A stretch of DNA of 64,000 bases from Candidatus Babeliales bacterium (GTDB lineage: Bacteria > Babelota > Babeliae > Babelales > JACPOV01), in NCBI GenBank assembly GCA_040879965.1, contig JBBDJI010000013.1:298365-362364 (forward strand), read 5' to 3'. Positions 18,336 through 28,213 of this stretch are shown one piece after another; the first letter of the stretch is position 1; every line of letters starts with the position of its first letter. The translations under genes and the position numbers were made by a program. Below the pieces are notes generated by a model. It had not been told where the DNA came from, made no database searches, and was given only the letters and a program-made list of their open reading frames with translations.

Positions 18336-19478
18336 TTAAATAAGTTGAGATGTTTTGCAGTATGCCTCGATACCATTACAAATTCCTTGCGCGAGCAATA
18401 GCTGATATCCAGCATTTGCTAATCTTTTTGCCTCAAGTCTATTTGATAAAAATCCAAGTTCAATTAACGCTGAAGGCATGTCGGTACCAAAAAGAACTTG
18501 AGCTAACGATTGTTTTGTTGTCCGATCTTTTACGTTATACCCTGCTACCCGCTCAACCACATGTTTTTGAATCTGCGATGCAAGAAGCTTGCTGGCATTA
18601 TCAAGTGGTTGTAAAAAATGAGTAAGCGATATGGTATTCTCTGCTTTTAATATATTTCGTTTTAACGCATTGCGCTCGGTCCAAAAAGTTTCAATACCGC
18701 TCGCGCGTTCAGGCCCTGAATTTGAATGAATAGAAACAAAAATATCCGCATTTAAGTTGTTCGCAGTAGTAGTACGTACATCTAATGGCACATGAATATC
18801 CGAATTTCGAGTACATAATACCTGATATCCTTTTTCACGCAATAAATGAGCAAGCTTTTCACCAACATGCCAATTAATATCTTTTTCCTTCAAATTAAAA
18901 AATCCAATTTTGCCCGCATCACTACCACCATGGCCAAAATCAAGCATTACTCTTGGTTTTGATTTTTGTATATTCGATGCTTGATGCAAAATACTACTCG
19001 TATTTTGATTTAATAAATTTAGTACATCTTTATTATGAAAATTAAATACTAATCCTTTTTGCATACTTATGGTGTCACACAAAGCATAATCACAAGCAAC
19101 TTTTTGAGGATTATATTTGATAGAAACTTTTATACCTTGTGCTGGCTTTGTTTCTTCTGAAAACTGAATAGAATAGTGATTGCGTTTTATTTGATTAACG
19201 GTCTGCATCATTTGACGAGCTTCAGAACTTGCCAAATAAGTTTGTGGCAAAAAAAATTCTATGCCGCATTCATTCATATCTTTTTTTTCATTTTTTGCGA
19301 TTTGCTTACATAAAGGACTTTTTTCAAAACAACATACAATACGATCGCTCAATGAACTCTGATGATAAAATAATTTATTTAGTTTATTAGGTATGGTGTT
19401 ATTATCAAAAGTAGCAGCTACGTTTCCACCTATAAGAAAAAATAAATTATATATTAACCATACAATCTTCCTCATCAC
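18336..19478 (-). CDS. N-acetylmuramoyl-L-alanine amidase (Amidase_3, AmiC-like) with N-terminal domain
   Basis: VMLDFGHGGSDAG, DIFVSIHSNS, SGIETFW and PSALIELGFLSN are classic Amidase_3 motifs. Signal-like N-terminus. Confidence 0.8.
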   Translation of the reverse strand: MMRKIVWLIYNLFFLIGGNVAATFDNNTIPNKLNKLFYHQSSLSDRIVCCFEKSPLCKQIAKNEKKDMNECGIEFFLPQTYLASSEARQMMQTVNQIKRNHYSIQFSEETKPAQGIKVSIKYNPQKVACDYALCDTISMQKGLVFNFHNKDVLNLLNQNTSSILHQASNIQKSKPRVMLDFGHGGSDAGKIGFFNLKEKDINWHVGEKLAHLLREKGYQVLCTRNSDIHVPLDVRTTTANNLNADIFVSIHSNSGPERASGIETFWTERNALKRNILKAENTISLTHFLQPLDNASKLLASQIQKHVVERVAGYNVKDRTTKQSLAQVLFGTDMPSALIELGFLSNRLEAKRLANAGYQLLLAQGICNGIEAYCKTSQLI

Positions 19479-19606
19479 GCCCCCTCATCATTTTATGTAT
19501 CAATATTCTAAACATATTGTAGCAGTGATTATTTCTATCAGTCAATAAATTTTATTTTTAGCTTAAATTAAAACATTATTGATATAGATAAAAATTTAAA
19601 TTTAAT

Positions 19607-20635
19607 TTATGCAGGAAATCCACAATACGCCAAACGACGAGAACGCTCCCAGGCAGACAAAAATGAGTTAATATCATAAGATACCCGTGTTTTTTGGATA
19701 TCTTCAAAGGCAGGATCATGACAAATAACTTTTTTATTTTGGTTATCCCAACCAATCACAATAAGCAAATGTCCTTTATCATATTCTTTGGGTGCACCAA
19801 GCAATACACCACGAACGCTTACTACCACAGGAATTTTTTTTGCAAGCATACGATATAAATCAATAAAGGCAGATAAACGTTGCACGCAAAAATAAAAGGA
19901 ACCATTAGCACATTCAAAGGCATGTGCCGTATTAAATGGCCAACTGCCGTAGGCATTTAAACCATTATCATATGCTTTTTGCGCAAATTGTACCGGGTCT
20001 ATATTCTTTTTTATAAGATTACTTACGAGCATGCAACTTGAAGTTGGTGAGCACAATACTTCTTTTTTCGGATGGTCCAATACCATTTGTGAAATTGTAG
20101 GTACATTCTCAATAACTGCAGAAGGCATGTTTATTTTTTTATTAAATAACTCATTTTTAAAATTGAGTAAATTTGAAACACATACATGCAAACCACGGAT
20201 ATTAGATAAATTAGCATTATTTTGTGCTTTTACCATAATGCGTAATGCATCAGCTTTTTTTGATTTGGGCAATTCAAGCCTTACATGATGATAATTAGTG
20301 CTTTGTGTGCGTTCTTCTTTAAATGAACGCTGCTCTTCTTTCCCCCAATGCATCATAGTATGCCAATCGTACCACTTTTTTGTCACTACATCACGAACTT
20401 GAGCATGAAAAGAAAAATATCCATTCTGAGGCCTAAATGCATTCCAAGAAAAAATTAATTGAGTAAACTGAGGAGTGCTCAGTTTAGAAAAAAGAATTTT
20501 GGATTTTTCTTTATTTTGTAGCGCTTGTTCAGAAGTAAATCGTTTGGTGTAAGTCCATGTCCATGGTACTACTGAATCGGCAAGTACAATCGCTGAAAAA
20601 AATAAGATCGGTAGTACCATATAATATTGCTTCAT
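19607..20635 (-). CDS. Secreted papain-fold cysteine peptidase, C39-like (Peptidase_C39_2-type)
   Basis: LCSPTSSCMLVSNLI resembles the CGPTS catalytic-Cys motif. GHLLIVIGWD....VICHDPA resembles the His/Asp region. Start moved to ATG 20635, preceded by aggagag. Confidence 0.5.
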   Translation of the reverse strand: MKQYYMVLPILFFSAIVLADSVVPWTWTYTKRFTSEQALQNKEKSKILFSKLSTPQFTQLIFSWNAFRPQNGYFSFHAQVRDVVTKKWYDWHTMMHWGKEEQRSFKEERTQSTNYHHVRLELPKSKKADALRIMVKAQNNANLSNIRGLHVCVSNLLNFKNELFNKKINMPSAVIENVPTISQMVLDHPKKEVLCSPTSSCMLVSNLIKKNIDPVQFAQKAYDNGLNAYGSWPFNTAHAFECANGSFYFCVQRLSAFIDLYRMLAKKIPVVVSVRGVLLGAPKEYDKGHLLIVIGWDNQNKKVICHDPAFEDIQKTRVSYDINSFLSAWERSRRLAYCGFPA

Positions 20636-20800
20636 TACTAACTCTCCTGTCATTACCATACTGAAAAAAATACAACCAAATCAATAAAACTTGCAATTCT
20701 CACCAATTTACTACGATTCTATCTTATCCCTTGATATTATTTATTCAAATTGAAAATAATATATATGTAAAGTTTATTGTAAATCTTATTAGGAGTTGTC

Positions 20801-22018
20801 TTGTTAAAAAAAACCTTGCTCCTTTTATTAAGTTCATTTTTTATATTAATACCTGTTTATGGGCAAAAAGCAGTTACTATTACACCAGTTGCTGATTTAC
20901 TTGGACAACCCATGAAGCAACTTGATGCAAAAAATATTTCGAAAGCCTATCAGAGCATACCGATTTGTGGAAAAAAAGGTACTTATGCATGTCCGCGCAT
21001 TCACCAATTATTATTTAATGAAGTTGTTACAATATTAGAAGAAAAAAATAATGAAGTCCGTATACAATTACCAAATTTATTTTTTCAAACAAATAAGGAT
21101 AATACGCTATACAATACCTATTGGACACTTAAAAAAAATCTAATTAGCTTTGAGGCGCTGAAAAAAAAAGACATTAATCTAGCGCATATTCCTATGCCAA
21201 TTATGTATGATACGCAAAAAAATGAACCACAAAAAATTGTCACGCTTATTGATCCATATAAAGAGCAAAAAACTGGTTTATCATTCTCTGCTGGCACACG
21301 ATTTATAAAAGCAAAACAAAATCAAGAAAGTATTGATGTTTACGCATTAAATCCCAAAATAATGAAGATAATTACTATCACAATTCCACAAAAAATATGC
21401 ATTGAACCCAATTCTTTGAGTAATCAACAAAAGCAATCTTTATTTGTACAATTATTAAAGCAATGGGCTAATAAATCTACTGGCTTTATACCATATGTTT
21501 GGGGCGGTTGCAGCTTTATGAATCTTTGCAACACTGATTCGTTTAGCTTGCAAGAAAGCAAATTATACAAAAATGAAGTAAGCACCTTTTTTAAACGAAC
21601 TGATATCCCTAATCCATATGCCGGTTTTGATTGTGCCGGTCTTATTTCACGCGCTACGCAGTTATGCGGTATTCCATATTTTTATAAAAATACCACAACT
21701 CTCGGTAAAAATTTAACTCCACTATCACCAAACCAAAAACTTTCTGCTGGCGATCTTGTTTGGCTCCCAGGCCATGTGATGGTTGTTGGCGATTTGAAAA
21801 AAAATACAATTATTGAAGCACGGCATTATAGCCATGGCTATGGCAAGTTGCATGAAATACCCGTAAATAGCATATTTAAAGGTATTAACAATCTAGCACA
21901 ACTGCAACAAGCTTTTTTTGAAAAAAAACCGCTCAAGCGTTTAGCAATTAACCAAAAAGTAGTGCAAACGATTAATGAATTTAAGTTATTACGGTTGGCC
22001 AGTGTATGGGAAAAATAA
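20801..22018 (+). CDS. NlpC/P60-family cell-wall peptidase with N-terminal (SH3-like) region
   Basis: Catalytic Cys motif GFDCAGLISRA and His motif PGHVMVVG. Signal peptide. TTG start preceded by aggag. Confidence 0.75.
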   Translation: MLKKTLLLLLSSFFILIPVYGQKAVTITPVADLLGQPMKQLDAKNISKAYQSIPICGKKGTYACPRIHQLLFNEVVTILEEKNNEVRIQLPNLFFQTNKDNTLYNTYWTLKKNLISFEALKKKDINLAHIPMPIMYDTQKNEPQKIVTLIDPYKEQKTGLSFSAGTRFIKAKQNQESIDVYALNPKIMKIITITIPQKICIEPNSLSNQQKQSLFVQLLKQWANKSTGFIPYVWGGCSFMNLCNTDSFSLQESKLYKNEVSTFFKRTDIPNPYAGFDCAGLISRATQLCGIPYFYKNTTTLGKNLTPLSPNQKLSAGDLVWLPGHVMVVGDLKKNTIIEARHYSHGYGKLHEIPVNSIFKGINNLAQLQQAFFEKKPLKRLAINQKVVQTINEFKLLRLASVWEK

Positions 22019-22024
22019 GAAAAA

Positions 22025-22049
22025 AAAGAGAGCGGCATGCGCTCTCTTT
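22025..22049. terminator. Bidirectional terminator hairpin between convergent genes
   Basis: Stem aaagagagcg (22025-22034) pairs with cgctctcttt (22040-22049), 5-nt loop. Confidence 0.6.
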
Positions 22050-22052
22050 AGA

Positions 22053-23270
22053 TTAGTTTAATTTCTTGGATAAGATATTATTTATTGTTGTTTCAATATC
22101 AAGCAAAGAATCAATTATTAGATTATTATTCAATTTGGTTTCATTAAGAAGATCACCTATTAATTTTAATTTGTCTTGAATAATTACCGCTTCAGACCTA
22201 TGGTCCTTTTTTATATTTTTTAATTTGCTTTGTAGTTTTCCAAGTCGTTGAATTTGCGCATGCTTTGCTTGGATATTAATACCAATATTTGATTGATTAA
22301 GATTCATATCTCGCACAATTTGATTAAATTCATTCAATAATTTTTTATTATTTTTATTTTCCTCAATTGCTTTGATATCTAATGTATCAGCTATATCTTT
22401 TATAGATGACAACCTGATATAAGCTTTATACAATTTCATGTAAATTCTTATTGCTTTTTCATAATGTGGTGCAATAACCCAATTTAAAGGGTTTTTAGAT
22501 TTGATCAATAATATTGATGCATTCTTATGAAATTTACAATTTGTTAGCACTGTATTTTCAAAATTATTAAAATTATTTGCATCAAGCGTTTTGCAATATT
22601 TACTATCTATCAAAATATGTTGACCGTTTTTTTGTTGATTTTTAGCTACTTTATGCAATACAGATTCAATATTAGTTAAATCATTTATCTTATTCAATAA
22701 GTTTTTAAAACATTTTATTTCTCTATTTATATGACCCTTCAAATGGGCACCATTAATATTTTCTGGCTTAACTCGTGCTTCAGATTCATATTTAACAAAA
22801 ATTTTATCTTCAAGCTTTAAATCATTTACTAAATTATTTATAACTGCTTGCTTATTATCTGAGATATCTTTAGCCAATGGCCATTCATCAATTTGCCAAG
22901 TTGCAAACAAAAAATTGTTCTCATCAATCGATTTAAAATTACTTGGAATTGAATTACCTAGCATTTTTTCAGCATTATTTAAAAATTGTCTGTGCTGAAC
23001 ATATTTATATAAATAAACACCACCAAGCACAGTCGCACCAAACAATGTTTTATTAATACCATATTTGCAGGATAAACCGGTACTAGCAAGCGTAGTTAAA
23101 CCTAATTCAGCTTTATGATTTTTAATCCACTGGTTTAAACCAGAAGCACAATTAATCATTGATTGTTTAGCAGAATCTTTAAGTGAATGAAAATAACTCA
23201 TTGGCAGCACAGATTGTGCTGAAAAAAAAATAAGTGTGACGAAAAATATTCTCTTTGAAAACAATTTCAT
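22053..23270 (-). CDS. Hypothetical secreted protein
   Basis: Long ORF. Start moved to ATG 23270, preceded by ggagg. Signal-like MKLFSKRIFFVTLIFFSAQS. No motif recognised. Confidence 0.5.
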   Translation of the reverse strand: MKLFSKRIFFVTLIFFSAQSVLPMSYFHSLKDSAKQSMINCASGLNQWIKNHKAELGLTTLASTGLSCKYGINKTLFGATVLGGVYLYKYVQHRQFLNNAEKMLGNSIPSNFKSIDENNFLFATWQIDEWPLAKDISDNKQAVINNLVNDLKLEDKIFVKYESEARVKPENINGAHLKGHINREIKCFKNLLNKINDLTNIESVLHKVAKNQQKNGQHILIDSKYCKTLDANNFNNFENTVLTNCKFHKNASILLIKSKNPLNWVIAPHYEKAIRIYMKLYKAYIRLSSIKDIADTLDIKAIEENKNNKKLLNEFNQIVRDMNLNQSNIGINIQAKHAQIQRLGKLQSKLKNIKKDHRSEAVIIQDKLKLIGDLLNETKLNNNLIIDSLLDIETTINNILSKKLN

Positions 23271-23352
23271 AATAAAACCTCCATATGGCTCCATTTATTC
23301 AATTTATGATATTTTCATCATAGCAGAAATTGATGGAATGCTCAAGGCGCCC

Positions 23353-24144
23353 CTATAAGCGTGGCCACCCATTACCACCAACTTCAGTCCTGATAGAAGA
23401 AATAATATCGCGCAATGTTTCAAGCCGTTTAAGCATTACAACAAGCTCAATATATATTTGAGAGGCTAAATTGTAATTAGGCCAAAAAATACGCACCCCT
23501 GAATTATCTGGATGAAATGCTTCCGGTTGTTCTACATTGCGATATACATCAGTATATTTTTTTAATAGCTGTTTATCTTCTTGTAATTGCTCAATTTCTT
23601 TATTTAAGGCAACCATTACTTGAATCGGAGATGGATTATCAATTTTTTTGCCATTTATTTGCACACGAATCCGTTGTGCATATATATCTTTAATAAACGC
23701 AGTACGTACTAAATATTTTTCTTCATTCATAAGCCATGCCGTAGGCCAATAATAGCCATCACCAAATCGGTCATCTTGTTGCCGCCAACGACAAAACAAA
23801 AATAATTCGTCTTTTTTTGCATTGGCTTCTTTCCAATAATCCTCGACAGTGGTACGTACTTGATAATGCTTTTTTATTTTTTGTATTTCTTTATAACCAG
23901 AAAACCATTCATACAAACCATAAACTGGCATCGCGCATAAAGTGCTCATCCCCACTTTTTTGTTTATTAAAAAGCCGCTTGAACCAATCAATCCTGCAAA
24001 AAGATACGTTTTATAATACAGAACCCGATCTTTTGTATCATACATTGATTGCTGTACATCTGCTAAGGCTGTATCGAGATCAAAACAAACACTGGCTTTG
24101 AAAACAAGACATAACAATAAAAAGAACAATTGTTTCTTTTTCAT
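23353..24144 (-). CDS. Hypothetical secreted protein
   Basis: 263-aa ORF with signal-like N-terminus KKQLFFLLLCLVFKASVC. No motif recognised. Confidence 0.5.
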   Translation of the reverse strand: MKKKQLFFLLLCLVFKASVCFDLDTALADVQQSMYDTKDRVLYYKTYLFAGLIGSSGFLINKKVGMSTLCAMPVYGLYEWFSGYKEIQKIKKHYQVRTTVEDYWKEANAKKDELFLFCRWRQQDDRFGDGYYWPTAWLMNEEKYLVRTAFIKDIYAQRIRVQINGKKIDNPSPIQVMVALNKEIEQLQEDKQLLKKYTDVYRNVEQPEAFHPDNSGVRIFWPNYNLASQIYIELVVMLKRLETLRDIISSIRTEVGGNGWPRL

Positions 24145-24220
24145 AAAATATTTCCTTCCTATTATATTTTTTGTTATTACATAATAGCAGAAATTAATTA
24201 TTTCCCAAAGGAGAACCCGT

Positions 24221-24709
24221 ATGAATAATTATACATTTAAAGATTTTTTACCCCTTATTATCATTTTCTCCGTAGTTATTGCATTGACAATTATTGCGCA
24301 AAGTTGGCGCGGCGATTTTAGCTGGATGAGCACAATGAACGATTTTATGGGCTTTTTCTTTATAGTTTTTGGAAGCTTCAAAGTAATCAATTTGCCTGGT
24401 TTTGTGGAAGCATATCAAACCTATGATATTGTTGCTAAGCAAAGTATTTTATATGCCTATCTTTATCCATTTATTGAACTTGGTCTCGGCCTTGCTTACT
24501 TGTATAGATTATATCCAATAGCAACTAACGTTATTACATTAATCGTTATGCTGGTAAGCAGTATTGGCGTATTTCAAAAATTACTGGAAAGAGAGCAAAT
24601 TGTCTGCGCATGCTTAGGTGCTGTATTTAAAATTCCTATGACATGGGTAACGCTCACTGAAGATTTATTAATGGCAGGTATGGCATTTGCAATGTTATTA
24701 ATGAGGTAA
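24221..24709 (+). CDS. Small four-TM membrane protein, MauE/DoxX-like
   Basis: 162 aa with four hydrophobic helices and a CACLG motif in the last third, reminiscent of the MauE family. SD aaggag upstream. Confidence 0.4.
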   Translation: MNNYTFKDFLPLIIIFSVVIALTIIAQSWRGDFSWMSTMNDFMGFFFIVFGSFKVINLPGFVEAYQTYDIVAKQSILYAYLYPFIELGLGLAYLYRLYPIATNVITLIVMLVSSIGVFQKLLEREQIVCACLGAVFKIPMTWVTLTEDLLMAGMAFAMLLMR

Positions 24710-24805
24710 AAAACTTCAAAAAAACATCTATTGTCCTTATTTTGTGCAATTTGCTACAATAAAAGAGGTCAAATTAATTTAAAATCACCTCATAAAGTGA
24801 ATATT

Positions 24806-25795
24806 ATGTACCGATTATATTATCTTTTCACTCATATGTTAATGTTGTTGTTTCTTGCTATAAATTTAGACACATATTCATCCGAAAAATGTATGATCCT
24901 TGATAATATTAAATATTTCACCAAAAGAACCGTCATAATTAATGAAGATTCGCAATCACATCTTACCAAAAATTTACGCTATCTATTAGGCGAAATTGCA
25001 ATGTACAATATTGATCAATTTTTTCAATTTCAAATGGTACCAAAAACAATAATAATTAAGAGAAAAAATAACGAGAATCAAGAAATAATATGTGGTTCCC
25101 AATGGATAGAGCCAGAAGAAATAATTATCGGCAATGCAGAAAGTTTACAAAAGCTTATTACACAACAAGAATGGGCACAAATGAATATTATTTGCTTTCT
25201 TTTTGGCCAATATGATCGGCACTTTGGCAATTTAATAATCGAAAAAGATAGCAAAAAACTCTACTTAATTGATAATGAAGCCATAGCAAATGTAAAACAA
25301 TTTGTACTCGCTTATAGCTCGAATAAAGAATTAAGTTGTCCTTGGGTAGGTGGTGTGGGTGATTTTATAGCTAAAGAAACAATTTTCCCACATGAAGAAC
25401 CAACAGATTTTCTTTCAGTCATTGCGGTCAAACAAGGCCCCGAAAAAATTCATGCTTCCTTTCCTGATGTTGATACTTGGACCAAACTAGATATAGATAA
25501 CGGATATTGCCGCATATGGCGTAATCTTTTGTGGCGCCAATTTTATGCTTCGCAAGAAGGCATCGCCGCCCCATTTTCAGAAATTATAAGCTCCGCATTA
25601 TTTAAAAAATTAAAAGCGCTTACTGCAAAAGATTTGACTTCGTTTTGGCCAGAAATACCATTTACAATGACAAAAGAAGGCCAACAGGAATATCAAGATT
25701 TAATTGAGCAATTTATACAAAAAACATTAAACCGTAGAGATATGATCGTTGAATATTTTGAAAAACATTCAGAAAAAATCAGAGAATATAAATAA
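24806..25795 (+). CDS. Secreted PI3/PI4-kinase-like protein
   Basis: FLFGQYDRHFGNLII......LYLIDNEA matches the PI3/PI4-kinase catalytic loop (G.xDRHxxN) and the metal-binding IDxx segment. Start placed at ATG 24806, giving the hydrophobic leader MYRLYYLFTHMLMLLFLAINL. Confidence 0.5.
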   Translation: MYRLYYLFTHMLMLLFLAINLDTYSSEKCMILDNIKYFTKRTVIINEDSQSHLTKNLRYLLGEIAMYNIDQFFQFQMVPKTIIIKRKNNENQEIICGSQWIEPEEIIIGNAESLQKLITQQEWAQMNIICFLFGQYDRHFGNLIIEKDSKKLYLIDNEAIANVKQFVLAYSSNKELSCPWVGGVGDFIAKETIFPHEEPTDFLSVIAVKQGPEKIHASFPDVDTWTKLDIDNGYCRIWRNLLWRQFYASQEGIAAPFSEIISSALFKKLKALTAKDLTSFWPEIPFTMTKEGQQEYQDLIEQFIQKTLNRRDMIVEYFEKHSEKIREYK

Positions 25796-25825
25796 AAAAA
25801 GCCCTGCACTTAACGCAGGGCTTTC
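25796..25825. terminator. Bidirectional rho-independent terminator
   Basis: Stem gccctgc (25801-25807) pairs with gcagggc (25815-25821), with an A-run before and a T-run after. Lies between convergent genes. Confidence 0.65.
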
Positions 25826-25852
25826 AAAATTCAAAAAAAATAATTTTGTAAA

Positions 25853-26329
25853 TTAACCAACTTTTAATAATTCCACATCAAAAATAAGATCTGCATTTGG
25901 TCGAATAACCTGCCCTGCACCACGCGTGCCGTAAGCTAGCTCTGATGGAATAAATAAGCGACGTTTTTCACCAACTTTCATAGGCATAACTCCCTCATCC
26001 CATCCTTCAATTACTTGACAAACACCAAGAGTAAAGGTAAACGGTTGCCCGCGATCTACACTGCTATCAAATTTTTTGCCAGGCTCGCCTTGTTCATTCA
26101 ACCAACCAGTATAATGAACTGTCACTTGCTGCCCCTTTTTTGGCGAAGCACCAGTTCCTTCTTTAATAACTTCGTATTGCAAACCAGAATCAGTTTTTTT
26201 ATGTGTCATTTTTGAAATCCTTTTTGGTTCATCTATTTTGTTGTTTTTTCTTTTATTTTTTGATTCTATCAAACCTGCTACTAAAAAAACTGGCAAGACT
26301 ATTAAAGAACCAATCATTAATTTCTTCAT
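25853..26329 (-). CDS. FKBP-type peptidyl-prolyl cis-trans isomerase, secreted or membrane-anchored (Mip/FkpA-like short form)
   Basis: GLQYEVIKEGTG, VTVHYTGWL, FDSSVDRGQPFTF, VIEGWDEG, LAYGTRGAG, LIFDVELL. Signal-like N-terminus. Confidence 0.9.
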   Translation of the reverse strand: MKKLMIGSLIVLPVFLVAGLIESKNKRKNNKIDEPKRISKMTHKKTDSGLQYEVIKEGTGASPKKGQQVTVHYTGWLNEQGEPGKKFDSSVDRGQPFTFTLGVCQVIEGWDEGVMPMKVGEKRRLFIPSELAYGTRGAGQVIRPNADLIFDVELLKVG

Positions 26330-26406
26330 TATTATTCCTTTTTAATATAAGATTTTTAAATGTATTCCTAAGATATCAAAGCTTATGTAATTCAACAATA
26401 GTTAAC

Positions 26407-28128
26407 TCATGACAACTGGCATTGTCTTTTTATATAAAAAAGACAAAAATAATGCATTAATATATAATTTCGTAAAAAATTTGATTTTCTTTTCGCTAGC
26501 TTTAAGCAAAAATCGACTGCACCAAGTATCCCGAACGGAAGACAAACACCTATAAAACTATAAACGAAAAATTCTTTTGGTAAGAATGAAAACTGTTTTA
26601 TCCATCGAGATACAGAAGGGAATTTTTTGCGCCATAAATTTTGTGATTCATCATCTTCTATATGATAGCTATCATTTAATAATTTCTTCACTTCTGGATC
26701 AAGAAAATCAAAGGTTGCTTTTAACAACCCACATAAATTTTTATTCTGACTAAATATTATTATTGCTAATTTTTGCTGCCAATTTAAATCTTTCCATAAA
26801 TACAAAAGATTATTTAAAGAATATATTTTGATTTTACCATTAAAAAGCTTGAGCGCTTTTCTTCCAGAAGTATTCAAGTTTACTTTACTAATATTATTGT
26901 CATTTTTTCTAATACGAAATACATTAGACGAAGAAACTAAATTAGCTGAGTTTTTAAGATCATAAATTAAAATTGCATCTTCTTGTTCATATAAAAAAAA
27001 TTCTTCCTGCGAATTTATAACAGATGGTCCGATAGTGCTCAAATACTCTTTTTTAGATTCACCCGTAGCAAGGTTTTTGAAATTCCAACTCAATCCTCCT
27101 CTTGCGTTACAAGCAGCTAATAAACTACCATTATCACTAAAAATAGGGTGGTAATATTTTTTAAGTTCTTCATCTTTATAAAAGGAATCATCCAAATTGT
27201 TTCTTTCAAATCCTAGCAAACCAGCTTCGTAGTCATGAACAAAGATAAAATTACTATTTTTAGTAACTAAGCCCCAAGGTTTATCAAAAATTTTAAGAAT
27301 TTTATTGGCTTCTACATTAAAAATTTTCAGATAATGAAAATAATCTCTCATTTCCATTTCTTCATTACCTTTACTAAAAGAAACTACACATAATTTACCA
27401 TCGTTACTTAAAGAGACCTCGTCTAAATCGGTTCTATAATATATTGTACTTTCTTGATTTCCGTTTTCTTTATTAACTTTGGTAACTTGATTGGTTTGAT
27501 TATCAAGTATATATTGGTAATATTTTCCATCAATATTTTCTATATTATCAGGAAAAAGAGTTATATTCTTAATGAAATTGCCTGTATTAATATCCCAAAT
27601 TGCAAGAACATTACCAGCGGCGGGTACACAAATAAAGTTATCATTAACCACTACCCGGTATATCCCTCGCGTCGGCAAAGTAAATAAAGCTTTCCCAGAT
27701 TTAATATCAAACATAGAACCAATACCATTTTTTACAACAAATGCATGCTTTCCATTATTGCATAGGTGAGCATCGGTAGTTTTTGTTCCAAAGCGCTTAA
27801 ACATCCCATATATAGATACAATCCAAGGAAACTTCAAGTTGGGTTCAAATTCTGTAATCGTTTTATATTCAAAACTTTCAATTGCTTTTCTATAGGCGTG
27901 ATTAAAATTAATATTTGTATCAATTTTTTGAGCAGTATCAGCATTAATACTTAAATTACCTGAAAATAATCTATTGTAATTTTCTGGGCTCTTACCATAA
28001 TTTATAATTGACTTAATACACAAATCACCTAATGAATTAACAGTTTTATTGTCGATAATCTCCATGGAAAAAAGAGAAATCGGAAAAAAAAGAACAACCA
28101 AAAATAAATACCATTTTCTAAATTTCAT
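26407..28128 (-). CDS. Hypothetical signal-peptide protein with beta-propeller-like repeats and C-terminal TM segment
   Basis: 573-aa ORF with blade-like repeats (HAFVVKNGIGSMFDI, VLAIWDINTG, LCVVSFSKG, LKIFNVEA, LLAACNARGG). C-terminal hydrophobic FFVYSFIGVCLPFGILGAV. Overall layout resembles ORF 14569..16263. Confidence 0.45.
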   Translation of the reverse strand: MKFRKWYLFLVVLFFPISLFSMEIIDNKTVNSLGDLCIKSIINYGKSPENYNRLFSGNLSINADTAQKIDTNINFNHAYRKAIESFEYKTITEFEPNLKFPWIVSIYGMFKRFGTKTTDAHLCNNGKHAFVVKNGIGSMFDIKSGKALFTLPTRGIYRVVVNDNFICVPAAGNVLAIWDINTGNFIKNITLFPDNIENIDGKYYQYILDNQTNQVTKVNKENGNQESTIYYRTDLDEVSLSNDGKLCVVSFSKGNEEMEMRDYFHYLKIFNVEANKILKIFDKPWGLVTKNSNFIFVHDYEAGLLGFERNNLDDSFYKDEELKKYYHPIFSDNGSLLAACNARGGLSWNFKNLATGESKKEYLSTIGPSVINSQEEFFLYEQEDAILIYDLKNSANLVSSSNVFRIRKNDNNISKVNLNTSGRKALKLFNGKIKIYSLNNLLYLWKDLNWQQKLAIIIFSQNKNLCGLLKATFDFLDPEVKKLLNDSYHIEDDESQNLWRKKFPSVSRWIKQFSFLPKEFFVYSFIGVCLPFGILGAVDFCLKLAKRKSNFLRNYILMHYFCLFYIKRQCQLS

Positions 28129-28213
28129 AAAAAAACCCTCATATTATCAATACAAAAATTAGTTATAATGTATCAATTTAGTCCTTGAAAACATAAAATT
28201 TTAAGAATTCATT

